A stretch of 63,593 bases of DNA, the filler included, from Octopus bimaculoides (taxonomy: Eukaryota), in the NCBI RefSeq assembly GCF_001194135.2. It is 6 parts of 6 records of this genome, joined end to end, with 100 filler letters (N's around TTAATTAATTAA, not from the genome) between each part and the next. Parts side by side here need not be neighbours in the genome. Positions count along the whole stretch, not along the records: positions 23,163 to 51,203 come from NC_069003.1; positions 51,304 to 57,557 come from NC_068989.1; 4 more parts are not named here. One strand, given 5' to 3'. Below the pieces are notes generated by a model, which saw only the letters and a list, made by a program, of their open reading frames with translations, had not been told where the DNA came from and searched no databases. The position numbers were made by a program, and so were the translations under genes. Shown in pieces: positions 38,081 to 52,387 of this stretch (position 1 is the first letter of the stretch; each line of letters opens with the position of its first letter).

Positions 38081-38179
38081 AATAATAATAATAATAATAA
38101 TAATGATAATGGTTTCAAATTCTAGCACAAGGCAAAGAACCAATTATTTGGCAAAGATGTGCATCAAAACTGTCCTGTG

Positions 38180-38665
38180 CCCTCCCCCACCGTCCAGACC
38201 TTGCTCCTTGTGATTTTTGGTTCTTTCCCCAAACTGAAGGAGAACCTTAGGGGACAGTCATTTTGCAGACATTGAGAAGATGAAGGAAGATGTGACAAAG
38301 CTCATAGACATCTTGATTTTGGTAGACTTCCACGGGGAATTCATGAAGTGGCTGGAGTACCAAAATGAGTGCATTGAAACCAGAGGACCCTATCCTACTT
38401 TGAAGGAGATTAAGGTTTTGTATTCCTCAAGCTGAAGGAGAAACTCAGGGGTCAGTCGTTTTGAAGATGTTGGAAAGATGAAGGAAGCTGTGACAACGGT
38501 TTTTGGAGGACTTCTTTGGGGGCCTTCACTAAATGTCTGGAGCATTGCAATGATTGCATTGGCACCAGAGGATCCTGCTTTGAAGAATATTAGAGTTTTT
38601 GTATTTCTTTGAAATTAAAATCTCACCTGTAAAGTCTCAAAACTTCTGGAATGCACCTTGTCATA
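38180..38665 (+). pseudogene. mariner transposase C-terminus, two tandem decayed copies plus 3' TIR remnant
   Basis: PDLAPCDFWFFPKLKENLRG...KWLEYQNECIE..G pattern at ~38190-38410, repeated at ~38420-38590. Confidence 0.85.
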
Positions 38666-39589
38666 GTTAATTAGATATTGTGCTTTATCCATAAGCGTGG
38701 GAGAGCAGGTGATGATGGAAGCAACAAGAAAGCACTGCTGTATCTTTTCCAAGAAAAATCTTGCATCTTCAGACTTTGGTCCGAGACTGCCAATTCCTGC
38801 AAAACAGATGGGACAAAGAATCGTCTTTGCACATAATATTGGTTTCACATTTTGTCACAAGGCCAGCAATTACGGAGAGTTGGGGGAATAAGGCAATCAC
38901 ATCGACCACCCTCCTCCCCAGTGCTCAACTGGTACTTATTTTATCAATCTCAAAAGGATGAAAGGCAAAGTCAACCTCGGCGGAATTTGAACTCAGAACC
39001 TGAAAACAGACGAAATACCGCTAAGCATTTTGCTAACGAAGTCTGCCAGTTCTCCGACCTAGTTTTTTCTCCTTTCCTCCCTCTCTCTCTTCCTCTCTTT
39101 CTCTCTCTCTCTCTTTCTTTCTACTCTCTCCCCTCCCTCACTATGCCACACACTTCTTGCACACACACGTACAAAATCGAAACTTATTCAAATTTTTTTT
39201 TTTTTCCCTGCATTTTATTTTTACTTTAAAAAATGCTGACCTAATTACACGAAGGTTTTTAATATTTGCATTTATATTGTGCAAAAAATATATAAATTTA
39301 TAGATATATATATATGTGNNNNNNNNNNNNNNNNNNNNNNNNNNNNNNNNNNNNNNNNNNNNNNNNNNNNNNNNNNNNNNNNNNNNNNNNNNNNNNNNNN
39401 NNNNGGTGGCGGTGGGGGAAAGGGGGTGGGTGGAATGAGGTGCTGATGGTGTTGATGGTGGTGATAGTGGTGGTGGTGGTGGGGTAGGTATTTAGTATGT
39501 ACAAACATGTCTGACAGCTTTCTGCCTTGTTGTGCAATGTGACAGCTGACAAGTAATGGTTGCTTCAGGTTGAACCTGGGCAAGTATTT

Positions 39590-40467
39590 AGGAGAAGGAA
39601 CGAAGAGAAAGAGAAAAGAAAAGAAGAGAAAGAAAAGAAAGAAAGGAGTGAAGAGAAAGAAAGAGTGACGAGAAGTGAGGAGAAGGAACGAAAAGAAAGA
39701 GAAGAAAAGAAAAGAAAAGAAAGAAAAGAGTGAAGAGAAGTGAGGAGAACGAACGAAAAGAAAGAGAAGAAAAGAAGAGAAAAGAAAAGAAAGGAGAGAA
39801 AGAAAAGAAAGAAAAGAAAGAAAAGAAAGAAAGAAAAGAGTGACGAGAAGTGAGGAGAAAAGAAAGAAAATAAAAAGAAGAGAAAAGAAAGAGACAAAAA
39901 GAAAGAAAAGAATGAAGAGAAGTGAGGAGAAAAGAAAGAAAATAAAGAAAGAAAGAAGAGAAGTGAGGAGAGAGAGGTGTGTGGGATTGAGTTTGTTGCA
40001 GTTGTTGTTGTTCTTCTTCTTCTTCTTCTTCTCTTCCAACTTTTTGCAGCCAACACCAAACACAAACTCTTAATATTTTACGAATAGTAAATATTTATTT
40101 AGTTACATAAAACCCATTCTTATCTTCCACCATTTTCTCATCTTAGCACCAAGTCTGCGTCTACAGGCTCACTTGCTGTCTCTCTTTCTTTCTTTCTTTC
40201 TTTCTCCTTTCTTTTCTCTTTCTTTCTCCTTTCTCTCCCTCCCTCCTTCCCTCTTCCTTTTATTTTATTCTTTCCTTCTTTTCTTTTTCCTTTATTTCTT
40301 TGTTTCTCTTTCTTCCTTTCTTTATTTCCATCTTTCCTCCTTTCTTTCCTTTTTCTTTTCTTTCTATATTTCTTTTTCACTTTCTTTCTTTATTTCCTTC
40401 TTTCTTTCCTTCTTTTCTTTCTTTCTTTTTCTCTTTCTTTCTCCTCTCTCTCTCTCTCCCTCCCGCC
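39590..40467. repeat. Polypurine/polypyrimidine compound repeats ((GAAAA)n-like, then (CTTT)n-like)
   Basis: Visible directly, with a recurring gagtga(c)gagaagtgaggagaa unit. Confidence 0.9.
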
Positions 40468-40985
40468 NNNNNNNNNNNNNNNNNNNNNNNNNNNNNNNNN
40501 NNNNNNNNNNNNNNNNNNNNNNNNNNNNNNNNNNNNNNNNNNNNNNNNNNNNNNNNNNNNNNNNNNNNNNNNNNNNNNNNNNNNNNNNNNNNNNNNNNNN
40601 NNNNNNNNNNNNNNNNNNNNNNNNNNNNNNNNNNNNNNNNNNNNNNNNNNNNNNNNNNNNNNNNNNNNNNNNNNNNNNNNNNNNNNNNNNNNNNNNNNNN
40701 NNNNNNNNNNNNNNNNNNNNNNNNNNNNNNNNNNNNNNNNNNNNNNNNNNNNNNNNNNNNNNNNNNNNNNNNNNNNNNNNNNNNNNNNNNNNNNNNNNNN
40801 NNNNNNNNNNNNNNNNNNNNNNNNNNNNNNNNNNNNNNNNNNNNNNNNNNNNNNNNNNNNNNNNNNNNNNNNNNNNNNNNNNNNNNNNNNNNNNNNNNNN
40901 NNNNNNNNNNNNNNNNNNNNNNNNNNNNNNNNATAAAACGAACAAAAAACAAAAAAATAAAATATCTTAATTACAATCTGCAGTC

Positions 40986-41153
40986 AAGAAATGTAGGGGA
41001 GACAACCAAAGAATTTAAGTTAATTAAAATTAATGAAATGTAATTAAAATTGGAATATGCAGCTAAAGATCAGACGTCCTACGGTCCTCACAGAAGTCTT
41101 GATTTTGTTTTCACTTTAATTAAAATTTCAGAGTTGTCTCCCCCTACATTCTT
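40986..41153. mobile_element. Small MITE with ~21-bp TIRs
   Basis: aagaaatgtaggggagacaac ... gttgtctccccctacattctt. Confidence 0.65.
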
Positions 41154-41714
41154 TGCCCCCCCCCCTGCCAACCCCCTCACTAAACTAATGAATTGTTCTC
41201 GTCAGTAATGGACTTACGATATAGTATTGTTCTGTTTGTCATGAGATGTGATCGGGTGGGAAATTGGAAATGTATGGAGCATTGCACCTCTGGTTGCTGT
41301 TTAGTTTAAGGCTAGGCTCGAGTCAGCTCTGATTGAGAGCAACCAACTACAATCAGCCGTGTTTTCATATGTAAGCATATATGTATAGCCTGCCTCCCAA
41401 CCATATGGTTCCAGGTTCAGTTCCGCTGCACGGCACCTTGGGCAAGTGTCTTCTAGTATGGCCTCGGACTGACAAGAGCCTTTTGAGTGGATTTGGTAGA
41501 TGGAAACTGAAAGAAGCCCATCGTATATATATACATATATATATCAATAATAAATCTCTGAGCGAGGTATAAACAGTAGCAGCATGACATCATGAAGTAT
41601 ATTTGCCACTTAAATGTGGTTAACCCTTAGGGGCCGATGCTACTGTAGATTGTAGCCCCAGGAAGACATCTCCTCCAGCTGGTTATTGATACACTATCTG
41701 TGTCCTACCAGTTG

Positions 41715-43125
<1,411 letters not shown>

Positions 43126-43268
43126 CCACCCCCATGCTGCTGCTGCTGCTGCTACTACTGCTATCAATACTGCTGTAGCTACTACTACTGCTGCTGCTGC
43201 TAATACTACTACTGTTGCTGCTACTGCTACTACTACTACTACTGCTACTATTACTGATGATGATGATT

Positions 43269-43308
<40 letters not shown>

Positions 43309-44864
43309 CTTTTCTTGGCCACCAGGGCAATGCATGAGGGAAACAATCACAGGGACATACATAAAAGAAAAAAAAGTTTGGGGATTTACAAGGGACAGAG
43401 AAAAAAAAACCGGAATTGAACAAGAAAATAAGACATGAAATATAAACATAGACAGGGTACAAGACAAACAATGAAAAGATAATGATGCAGCCCCTACTCC
43501 TGCCATGAAGGGCCCACTTTAGAAACCCAACACATCCAAGAGCGTCCAAAATATCGAGAGTAAGTGCCCTCAGCACAGGTTGTTCTCTGGTTTACAGGTT
43601 TATGATTAGAAGGGTCCAATCTATTCCTGCTGTTTTTGCCACCCATCCCCCAATCACTTTTACCTTATTTACTTGTGGCCATGCTGTGGCACCACCTTGA
43701 AGAATTCCGAGTTGAATGAATCGATCCCCAGGACCGTTTTTCTAAAGAATGGTACTTATTCTATTGGTCACTTTTGCCAAACTGCTAAGTTACGGCGATG
43801 CAAACACACCAAGACCAGTTGTCAAGCGGTGGTGGGGGAGAGGGGATAAGCACGGACACAAAGATGTATGCACAGACCCACTTCCACTCCTTAGAGCCGC
43901 CTGGGATAATACCGTTTCGTTTGTCTGGCCTCTTCCCATCACTTTTTGTTGTGTCCAGCCCCGACAATCTCTCCCAATCAGCACCACCACCATCTCATAT
44001 TAATTTCTATGCCCTGTTCTCCCTTCCCAGAATGTCAACATTCTCGCCCTGCGGGACTGAGCCAGAGTCGTGAGGGAGAGAGAGAGATGGAGAGACGAGC
44101 GTGACGGAGTGGAATGACTTATAGAAACATATCGGAGGGGGACATGACTCTGACAGCTAACAAGATTGCAATATTAATTCAAGGGAGGTAAGTCTCCTCT
44201 TTCTCAAACTATGGGGTATTTCTACGTAGTTGTTTGACCGGGTAGCATTAGGAGAAAAGAAAATAAAAAATAAAAACCATTTTAACCATGTTAGAAATCG
44301 TCATCATCATCATCATCATCCAGAGTCGTTAGCGGCTTTTCGTCCGTCTTTACGTTCTGAGTTCAAACACAGCCGAACACGACCGATTTTGCCTTTCATC
44401 CTTTCGGAATCGATAATATAAGTAATACTGGAGTCGAAATAGCTGGCCTTCTGCTAAAACTTGCAAACAATATAAATAGTGGCTGTTTACCAATGGTGTA
44501 GAAAGAATACATCCAAAGTTATGCATCATATGACGGGTTAACACACTCTAGTTTAAAATAATACAATAGAGTAAGAAATTTCTAACAGAGACAGGAAAGG
44601 ATATTCGCCTACATCTCTCGTTCAATATTGGATAAATCTATTTCATTTTGATATGGTTTACATAGCAAGGCTGACCAATATCAAACGAGTGAATAAAGCA
44701 ATTAAAAAAAGAAATGTTCTGATTGAACAGTTATGGAACATTATGCAAATGGTTTATGATATCAAATTAATTGGAAGTTAATTTTTTTTATGTAACAAAG
44801 GAAAATACGAAAATGATAGAGCGCTAAACTATGAGTTATCTCCCCTTCTCCAGTTGATGCTCGC

Positions 44865-46140
44865 GAGTGGGTGTGCTGGCTGGATCGTTAGGACCAAGGC
44901 TGTGGAGTCGGAGTCGGAAACAATTAAGGGGTAGCTGGAATCGGAGTCGATAAAACTATACCGACTCCGACTCCGATTCCGACTCACAATATCTTTATTC
45001 TTTAATATAAACCAGTTATAAGATATAGGCCTACTCAAAGTACAAGCATATGCATATGCTTTATGAGATATGTAGAGTACAATCATTTAATTACATAGAG
45101 GAGTCCGAGTCCGAGATGCCAATAGAAGAGGAGTCGGAGTTGGAGTCGAAGTATTTTTTTGTTTCGACTCCACAGCCCTGGTTAGAACGCCGGACAAAAT
45201 GCTTTGTGGCAATTCTTTCGACTCTTTATGTTCAGAGTTCAAATTCCGCTGAGATAGACTTTACTTTTTATCTTCTCAGGCCGGAAAAAAAAACAAGTAT
45301 CAGTTGAGCATTGGAGTCGTGGTAATCGAGTTGCCCCTCCCCTCAAAATTGCTGGCCTCGTGCCTATATGAGAAAGAATTATTTGGTACACACGAGGCGG
45401 CCAGCGAGTCGAAAATAGTGCTTAGCGGCATTTCTTTTCGCTCTTTTACGTTCTGAGTTCAAATCCTGCCGAGATCAGCTTTGCTGTTCATCCTGTGTCG
45501 ATAAAATAAAACACTAGTCTAGAACCGAAATCAAAATTACTGGCTCTGTGCCAAAATACTGAAACCCTTTTTTGATACACAAATTAAGAGAGCGAGCTAG
45601 CAGAATCGTTAGCGCGTCGAACAAAATGATTAGCGATATTTCTTCCGGCTCTTTACGTTCTGAGCACATATCTTATCGAAGACGACTTTGCCTTTTATCA
45701 ATTAGAGGTCGATAAAGTACCAATCAAGTACTGAGGTCGATGTAATCGATTACTCCACCCCACTCCTAAAACTGTTACCCTTGTGCCAAAATTTGAAACC
45801 AATGTAAAAAAAAGTCTGTGAGAATATAAGAAAACTGGCAGAATCGTTAGCACGCCGGACAAAATGCTTTACCGCATTTCGTCCGTCTTTACGTTCTGAG
45901 TTCAAATTCTGCTGAGACCAAACTTTGCCTTTCATCCTTTCAGGCTCGATAAAATAAGTACCAGTTACATACTGAGGTCGATGTAACCCCCTCCTCCAAA
46001 ATTACTGGCCTTGTGCAAAAATATGAAACCATTATTTATTATAACCGTTAAGGCGGTGAGCTGGCTGAATTGTCAAAACGTCGGGACAAATTGCTTCGTG
46101 ACATTTGTTCCGGCTCTTTACATTCAGAGTTCAAACAATA
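44865..46140 (+). mobile_element. Five head-to-tail copies of SINE family B
   Basis: Repeated gttag...ggacaaaatg...ttctgagttcaaat...ctttgcctttcatcc units. Confidence 0.85.
44895..45180. mobile_element. hAT MITE, 286 bp, 8-bp TSD
   Basis: TIRs caaggctgtggagtcg and cgactccacagccctg, with subterminal GGAGTC repeats. TSD gttaggac (44887-44894) / gttagaac (45181-45188). Confidence 0.9.
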
Positions 46141-46272
46141 ACATCGCCTACAGGATTCGAACGCTGCATCTGCTGTAAACTGTATAGCGGTGATAATCAC
46201 TACAGTGTATATAATACAACATTACCTCTTGTAGTCTTCAAAATAATATTTCTTTTATTAATAGAATGTTAT

Positions 46273-46587
46273 TTATTATTTATTTATGCGCCCTTTTAAA
46301 GCCTAGCCAGGCTCATGGGCCCGGTTTCCCGGTTTCTATGGCGTATGTGTTCCCCCCAGCTGGACGAGACGCCAGTCCACCGCAGCGTCACTCAAGAAAC
46401 AGGAAGAAAGAGTGAGACAAAGTTGGGGCGAAAGAGTACAACAAGGGTCGCCACCACCCCCTGCCGGAGCCTCGTGGAGCTTTTTAGGTGTTTTCGCTCA
46501 ATAAACACACACAACGCCCGGTCTGGGAATCGAAACCGCGATCCTCCGACTGCGAGTCCGCTGCCCTAACCACTGGGCCATTGCACC
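46273..46587 (-). mobile_element. Young full-length tRNA-derived SINE with Deu/Nin-like core and 13-bp TSD
   Basis: A box (TGGCCCAGTGGTTAGG) and B-box-like GGTTTCGATTCC head, GACTGGCGTCTCGTCCAG core and TAAA-type tail. Perfect TSD AATAGAATGTTAT at 46260-46272 and 46588-46600. Confidence 0.9.
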
Positions 46588-48081
46588 AATAGAATGTTAT
46601 CTAAAGAAAATTCGGTTGCTATTTCTAGCAGATAAAGCGATCGTATTGATNNNNNNNNNNNNNNNNNNNNNNNNNNNNNNNNNNNNNNNNNNNNNNNNNN
46701 NNNNNNNNNNNNNNNNNNNNNNNNNNNNNNNNNNNNNNNNNNNNNNNNNNNNNNNNNNNNNNNNNNNNNNNNNNNNNNNNNNNNNNNNNNNNNNNNNNNN
46801 NNNNNNNNNNNNNNNNNNNNNNNNNNNNNNNNNNNNNNNNNNNNNNNNNNNNNNNNNNNNNNNNNNNNNNNNNNNNNNNNNNNNNNNNNNNNNNNNNNNN
46901 NNNNNNNNNNNNNNNNNNNNNNNNNNNNNNNNNNNNNNNNNNNNNNNNNNNNNNNNNNNNNNNNNNNNNNNNNNNNNNNNNNNNNNNNNNNNNNNNNNNN
47001 NNNNNNNNNNNNNNNNNNNNNNNNNNNNNNNNNNNNNNNNNNNNNNNNNNNNNNNNNNNNNNNNNNNNNNNNNNNNNNNNNNNNNNNNNNNNNNNNNNNN
47101 NNNNNNNNNNNNNNNNNNNNNNNNNNNNNNNNNNNNNNNNNNNNNNNNNNNNNNNNNNNNNNNNNNNNNNNNNNNNNNNNNNNNNNNNNNNNNNNNNNNN
47201 NNNNNNNNNNNNNNNNNNNNNNNNNNNNNNNNNNNNNNNNNNNNNNNNNNNNNNNNNNNNNNNNNNNNNNNNNNNNNNNNNNNNNNNNNNNNNNNNNNNN
47301 NNNNNNNNNNNNNNNNNNNNNNNNNNNNNNNNNNNNNNNNNNNNNNNNNNNNNNNNNNNNNNNNNNNNNNNNNNNNNNNNNNNNNNNNNNNNNNNNNNNN
47401 NNNNNNNNNNNNNNNNNNNNNNNNNNNNNNNNNNNNNNNNNNNNNNNNNNNNNNNNNNNNNNNNNNNNNNNNNNNNNNNNNNNNNNNNNNNNNNNNNNNN
47501 NNNNNNNNNNNNNNNNNNNNNNNNNNNNNNNNNNNNNNNNNNNNNNNNNNNNNNNNNNNNNNNNNNNNNNNNNNNNNNNNNNNNNNNNNNNNNNNNNNNN
47601 NNNNNNNNNNNNNNNNNNNNNNNNNNNNNNNNNNNNNNNNNNNNNNNNAAGCGATGTTGGCGGGGCGGGGGACAAACACAGACACACAAACACACACACA
47701 TATATATACATATATACGATGCGCTGCTTTCAGTTTCCGTCTACCAAATCCACTCACAAGGCTTTGGTCAGCCCGAGGTTATAGTAGAAGACATTTGCCC
47801 AAGGTGTCACGCAGTGGGACTGAACTTGGAACCATGTGGTTGGTAAGCAAGCTACTTACCACACAGCCACTCTGGGATCCTTAGAAGACCAAGGCACATC
47901 AAAGTGAAGTGCGCCACAAACTGGAAAGGCAGAATGACACGAAACCAACAGTTAAATAATCCATTATCATAGCACAGAACAAAGGGAGGCTCATTGTGGT
48001 TAGATAATCCACATCTCCAGTATTATCCCAAAAGTACCCAGTGATGAATGGAACCCTAAGTGTGACGTAAACACATATAAT

Positions 48082-48452
48082 AACAAGAGCACTCAGAGAG
48101 TACAAACCTCCGCCAAGGCAACACCAACGTCCTCTCAATGATTAGCTGGAGATGATTTTTAAAATGAGAATATCTGAAATAAATTTGACTGCTCTCACAA
48201 ATGAGAATACTAAAAATGAACTCGACCACTCACAAAAATTAAGTAAAAAAACTAGAAAAATAATCCAGAATCCTTATCCGGTACTGGATCAATCCCAAAA
48301 TTTAATCAGTTCGTGCCAGTTACGAGGCCAAACATCCCTGAAAGTTTCATCTGAATCCATCCAGCAGTTCTTGAGATATCTTGTCCACAGTTGGACAGAC
48401 AAACAAACACAACTGAAAACAATACCTCCGCCTAAGCGAAGGTGAAGGTAAT
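48082..48452 (-). mobile_element. Helentron-associated non-autonomous element (HINE/DINE-1-like)
   Basis: Subterminal acctccgcc repeats at both ends. Terminal hairpins gcactcagagagtac and acctccgcctaagcgaaggtgaaggt, with internal (ACAA/ACAG)n. Confidence 0.75.
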
Positions 48453-49129
48453 ACAAAACAGATGACTGAGTTAACAGGTGTTGCTTTGTTTTGTTAAGAT
48501 TCTTTATTGTGATGTAAGCATAGTACAGTCAGGTGTGCAGGGGTGGGGTGCAACATTCATAAGATTACATATGTTGTGTGACTCTCAGCTCATCAGGCTA
48601 ACCACATTAACAAGCAGATCAATGACAAGTGAACATTTTAATCTGAATTACCAACATCAAGAAAAGAAAGAAAAGAGGGTGGGACTACAACCTGTTGATC
48701 AATGAGGGTGAATAGCAGAGTGATGTAAATTGAGGGGGGAAAAAACAAGAAACAGTTAATGGCATTCCTATTGCAGTGATGTCATTAAGCTGAGCAATCA
48801 AAGCTAGAAGTGGTAGAACATGCTTGTCTGCCAGCAGATAGCAGGCACCAAGCGTGACATTTGACCCAATCAAAACATGTTCAAAGAACAGCTGCCACCC
48901 TATTCATACAAAAGAACCATTTAGGTTGCTGTATTGTTTGGAGGTGATCTACATTAAGGATTGGCCTGCTTAATAGAAATAAAATTCAATGTTAGCTATT
49001 CGCTCACTCTCTTAATAAATTCATCTTAACAGAAGTGCTGTGATTAATTATTGCAGAACTAATAAAGTATTAGCTTTAATCGATGAAGAGAGAGAAAGAG
49101 AGAACAAAAGGAAGAGAGAGAGGGGCTAA

Positions 49130-49335
49130 TCAAGAATGAGAGGGGGGGGAGAAAGAGGGGTTAATCAAGAATGAGAGAGAGAGGGGGGGAGGCTAATCAA
49201 GAATGAGAGAGAAAGAGAGGCTAATCAAGAGAGAGAGAGAGACTAATCAAGAATGAGAGAGAGAGAGGCTAGTCAACAGAGAGAGAGAGAGATAGAGAGA
49301 CTAATTGACAGCGAGAAAGAGAGAGAGGCTAATTG
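49130..49335. repeat. Tandem GCTAATCAAGAAT(GA)n units
   Basis: About 8 copies of a ctaatcaag/ctagtcaac/ctaattgac core with (GA)n spacers. Confidence 0.85.
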
Positions 49336-49799
49336 ACAGAGAGAGAGACAGACAGACAGAGACAGTGAGAGAGATCGGAGAAGAGACGGGGTGAGAAAGA
49401 GAGTGAGAGAGAGATGGTGTGGGGTGTTAAAAATATAAATGGGATGGTAGAATATTGCCAATGGTGCATGAATAGGGAGTAGGGACTTCACATGAATGCA
49501 CAGAGTGGGGTAGGGGGTGTGGGGAGAACGAAGTGACTGGTGAAACCTGGGTAAGGTAGAGAAGGTTGGGGACAACAGAATAGCAATGACAAAGCGGTCA
49601 GAGCAGGGGAAGGAACAAAAATTGGGGAGTAAAAGATAAGCATAAGCATGGAGCATGAAAAAGAGGGGACGTGAGAAAGAGGAGGAGATGTAGATTGGTT
49701 TGTTGAGGCAGGGTTTATGGAAGCTATTATTGTTACATGTGGATGACACACACAGCGCTTCTGAAGCTCAGTTTTGTTGAAGTGGGGGAACCTTCTCAA

Positions 49800-50260
49800 G
49801 AACCTCAAATCTCCAGACATCTCGGTGCCTTGTCATCTCCTCCGTGAGGCTGAACACCCTGAGGTCAGTCCTCACTACTTCATCCTATGTCTTCCTGGGT
49901 CTCCCTCTTCTACAGGTGCCATCCACTTTAAGTGATCAACACTTCTTTATACAGCTGCCTTCATTCATACGCATCATATGTCCAAACCAACGTAGTCTTC
50001 TCTCTTGCATGTTGCACCTAATTCCTCTGATATCCAACTGTTCTCTCACCAATCTTACAATCATGAGTCCAACACCCTAACCACTAAGCCCCGGGCCTCC
50101 ACATCCACTTTAAATGATTGACACTTCTTTACGGAGATGCCTTCATTCATACGCATCACATGTCCAAACCAATGTAGTCTTCTCTCTTGCATTCTGTATT
50201 TGATTCCTCTTATGCTCAACTTTTCTCTCAGTACATTTTCACTTTGCCATACAAACACAC
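49800..50260 (-). mobile_element. RTE-clade RT C-terminus, two partial copies
   Basis: MQERRLHWFGHVMRMNEGISVKKC and MQERRLRWFGHMMRMNEGSCIKKC...RGRPRKT motifs. Confidence 0.88.
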
Positions 50261-50364
50261 TTATGTTGCACATGCAACAGAACACTGGGTGCATATATGC
50301 GTGAGTGTGTGAGTGTGTGTGTGTGTGTATTTATATATCATCGTCGTTGTCACCGTTGCCGTCG

Positions 50365-50518
50365 TCGTCGTCATCATCATCATCATCGTCGTTTAATGTC
50401 CTCTTTCCATGCTGGCATGGGTTTGACGGTTTGACCGAGGACTGGTGAGCCACATGGCTGCACCAGACTCCAATCTGATCTGGCAGAGTTTCTACAGCTG
50501 GATGCCCTTACTAGCACC
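50365..50518 (-). mobile_element. RTE-type 3' tail
   Basis: (CAT)n-cgtttaatgtcctctttccatgctggcatggg...gctggatgccct. Confidence 0.8.
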
Positions 50519-50519
50519 A

Positions 50520-50680
50520 AGATGAAGACAAGTGTATAAACAACAAGCTGGTGTATTAGTTTGACGCTCAGGAAGGTGAGAAAGTCTTTTATGTTTCGAG
50601 CTTACGCTCTTCAGCAGAAAGGAACAGAAGGAAATAAACAGAGAAAGAAGAAAAAAAACTTTTGGAGTTAGCAAGAACCA
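50520..50680 (-). mobile_element. Hammerhead-bearing Penelope-type terminal repeat (family H3)
   Basis: Reverse complement CTTT-CTGCTGA-A-GAGC-GTAA-GCTC-GAAACATA^AAAG at 50586-50622. Confidence 0.65.
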
Positions 50681-51303
50681 GAAGATGCAGCAGATTTTCT
50701 TCAGGCACCCAATGTGGAAAACATTGGTTTTATTCATGTCTTTTCTTATTACTGCTTTATAATGTAAAAATCATATTCTAATACCATTAGTAAATTAGAG
50801 CATGGGTTACCTTCTGTTGGGCAATTATCATTAAAAATTGGGATTATTATTATTAAGATGGTGATCTGGCAGAATTATTAATATGCCGGATGATATGTTT
50901 TGTGACATTGCTTCCAGTTTTATATTCTGAGTTCAAATTCCACCAAAGTCAGCTTTGCCTTTCATCCTCTTGGGGGTCAATAAAACAAATGCCATTTGAG
51001 CATTGCGGTTAATGAAATCAACTAGCCCCTCCCCTCAAATTTCAGGCTTAGTGTCAAAAGTATTTTGCTAGAGAATGAGTGGTGGTCATGGAGGTGGTAT
51101 TGGTGGAGGTGGTGGTGGTGGTGGCGGTGGTCTTCCTTGTCGTTGTTGTGGAGGTGAGGTGCTCTGGATTAAAAATAAAAACCCTTACTATGTCACCGTG
51201 TTGNNNNNNNNNNNNNNNNNNNNNNNNNNNNNNNNNNNNNNNNNNNNTTAATTAATTAANNNNNNNNNNNNNNNNNNNNNNNNNNNNNNNNNNNNNNNNN
51301 NNN

Positions 51304-52387
51304 ATACAGAGATAAGAGGCAGATTAATTTTCTGTCTACCTGTGCATGGCCACATGTAGATGAAAATGGCACGCCATTTGTGAACCTCGATTATAACAGG
51401 TACATGGGTGGTGTAGATCGGCTGAATCAGATGATGTCTTATTATCCAGTTGGCAGACCGGGGAATAAATGGTGGCGATACCTGGTTTGGTATATAGTAA
51501 ATATGAGTATTACTAATGCGTTTATACTATATACCAAATCGGGGCCAGCTTGAAAGCGATGCGATCATCTGCAGTTCCGTGCAGATGTAGCAACGCAACT
51601 AAGAGCTGGTTATTCCTCAAAAAAAATAACTGTAGGGAAAAAAAGCAAAGCCTGCAAGAGAGATATCCCTCTGAATTCGGCCGATCTCCATAAATTAGAA
51701 AAAAATCGAGGGTCGCAAAAAGCAGTGTCGCGAATGCCTTCATCAAAAAAGAAAAGCTCCTAGTGGAAGGGCTGTTGAAACAACTTTCCAATGTGCATTC
51801 TGCAAGGTTGCATTATGTAGAGCAGGGTGCTTTATAAGTTTTCATGATAGAAATATTGTTTGATTTGTATATATGTGTGATTTCATTTTATAAATATTTT
51901 CAAATTTACTTCGTTTTTATTTTTCTTTGTGTAATTTTAATTTACCTGTTATTTTAATTTACCTGTAAGGTGAGTGACGAATTTTGATTAATTTATTTTG
52001 TAAATCATTATTGTATATTTATGTGTATCTANNNNNNNNNNACAACTCTTCTATAATAATATTTTGTTGTATATCCAATTGAATATTAGCTAATAACCCA
52101 TTTTCTATAGCGATGTTTGAACAAAAATTTTAATAATTTTATAAATTTTATATTTTGTTGAATTTACCTGTATTTACCTGTAATTAGAGTCACTCTGTGA
52201 CAAAAATTTTGGTATAGAATTAGTTGAGAACCTTTCATTAAATTATCTTCCAAAAATCACATTAATATGTTGATAAATAAAAAAGTTAGAGTCGTTTAAT
52301 GAAACCAGACTAAATTTATGATTATGTTAGAAATTAATTGAAACACATAAGGGGTGTATTTTGGTCAGAAATATGGTAACGAAAGGG
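51304..52387 (+). mobile_element. piggyBac (PGBD4-like) element, 3' part with decayed transposase and right TIR plus TTAA
   Basis: DYNRYMGGVDRLNQMMSYY..R..NKWWRYL..Y..N.SITNAFILY and a C-terminal cysteine-rich domain (CREC...TTFQCAFCKVALCRAGCF..FH). One stop and one frameshift. End ggtaacgaaaggg|TTAA (52388-52391). Confidence 0.93.

Noticed and set aside
46480-46587. tRNA-like sequences at SINE heads (also 1290-1385, 6570-6650, 54405-54480)
   Set aside because: They have A/B boxes but no complete cloverleaf, and they continue into SINE bodies.
48152-48445. 97-aa ORF MIFKMRISEI...
   Set aside because: It lies wholly within a non-autonomous Helentron-associated element, with no protein motif.
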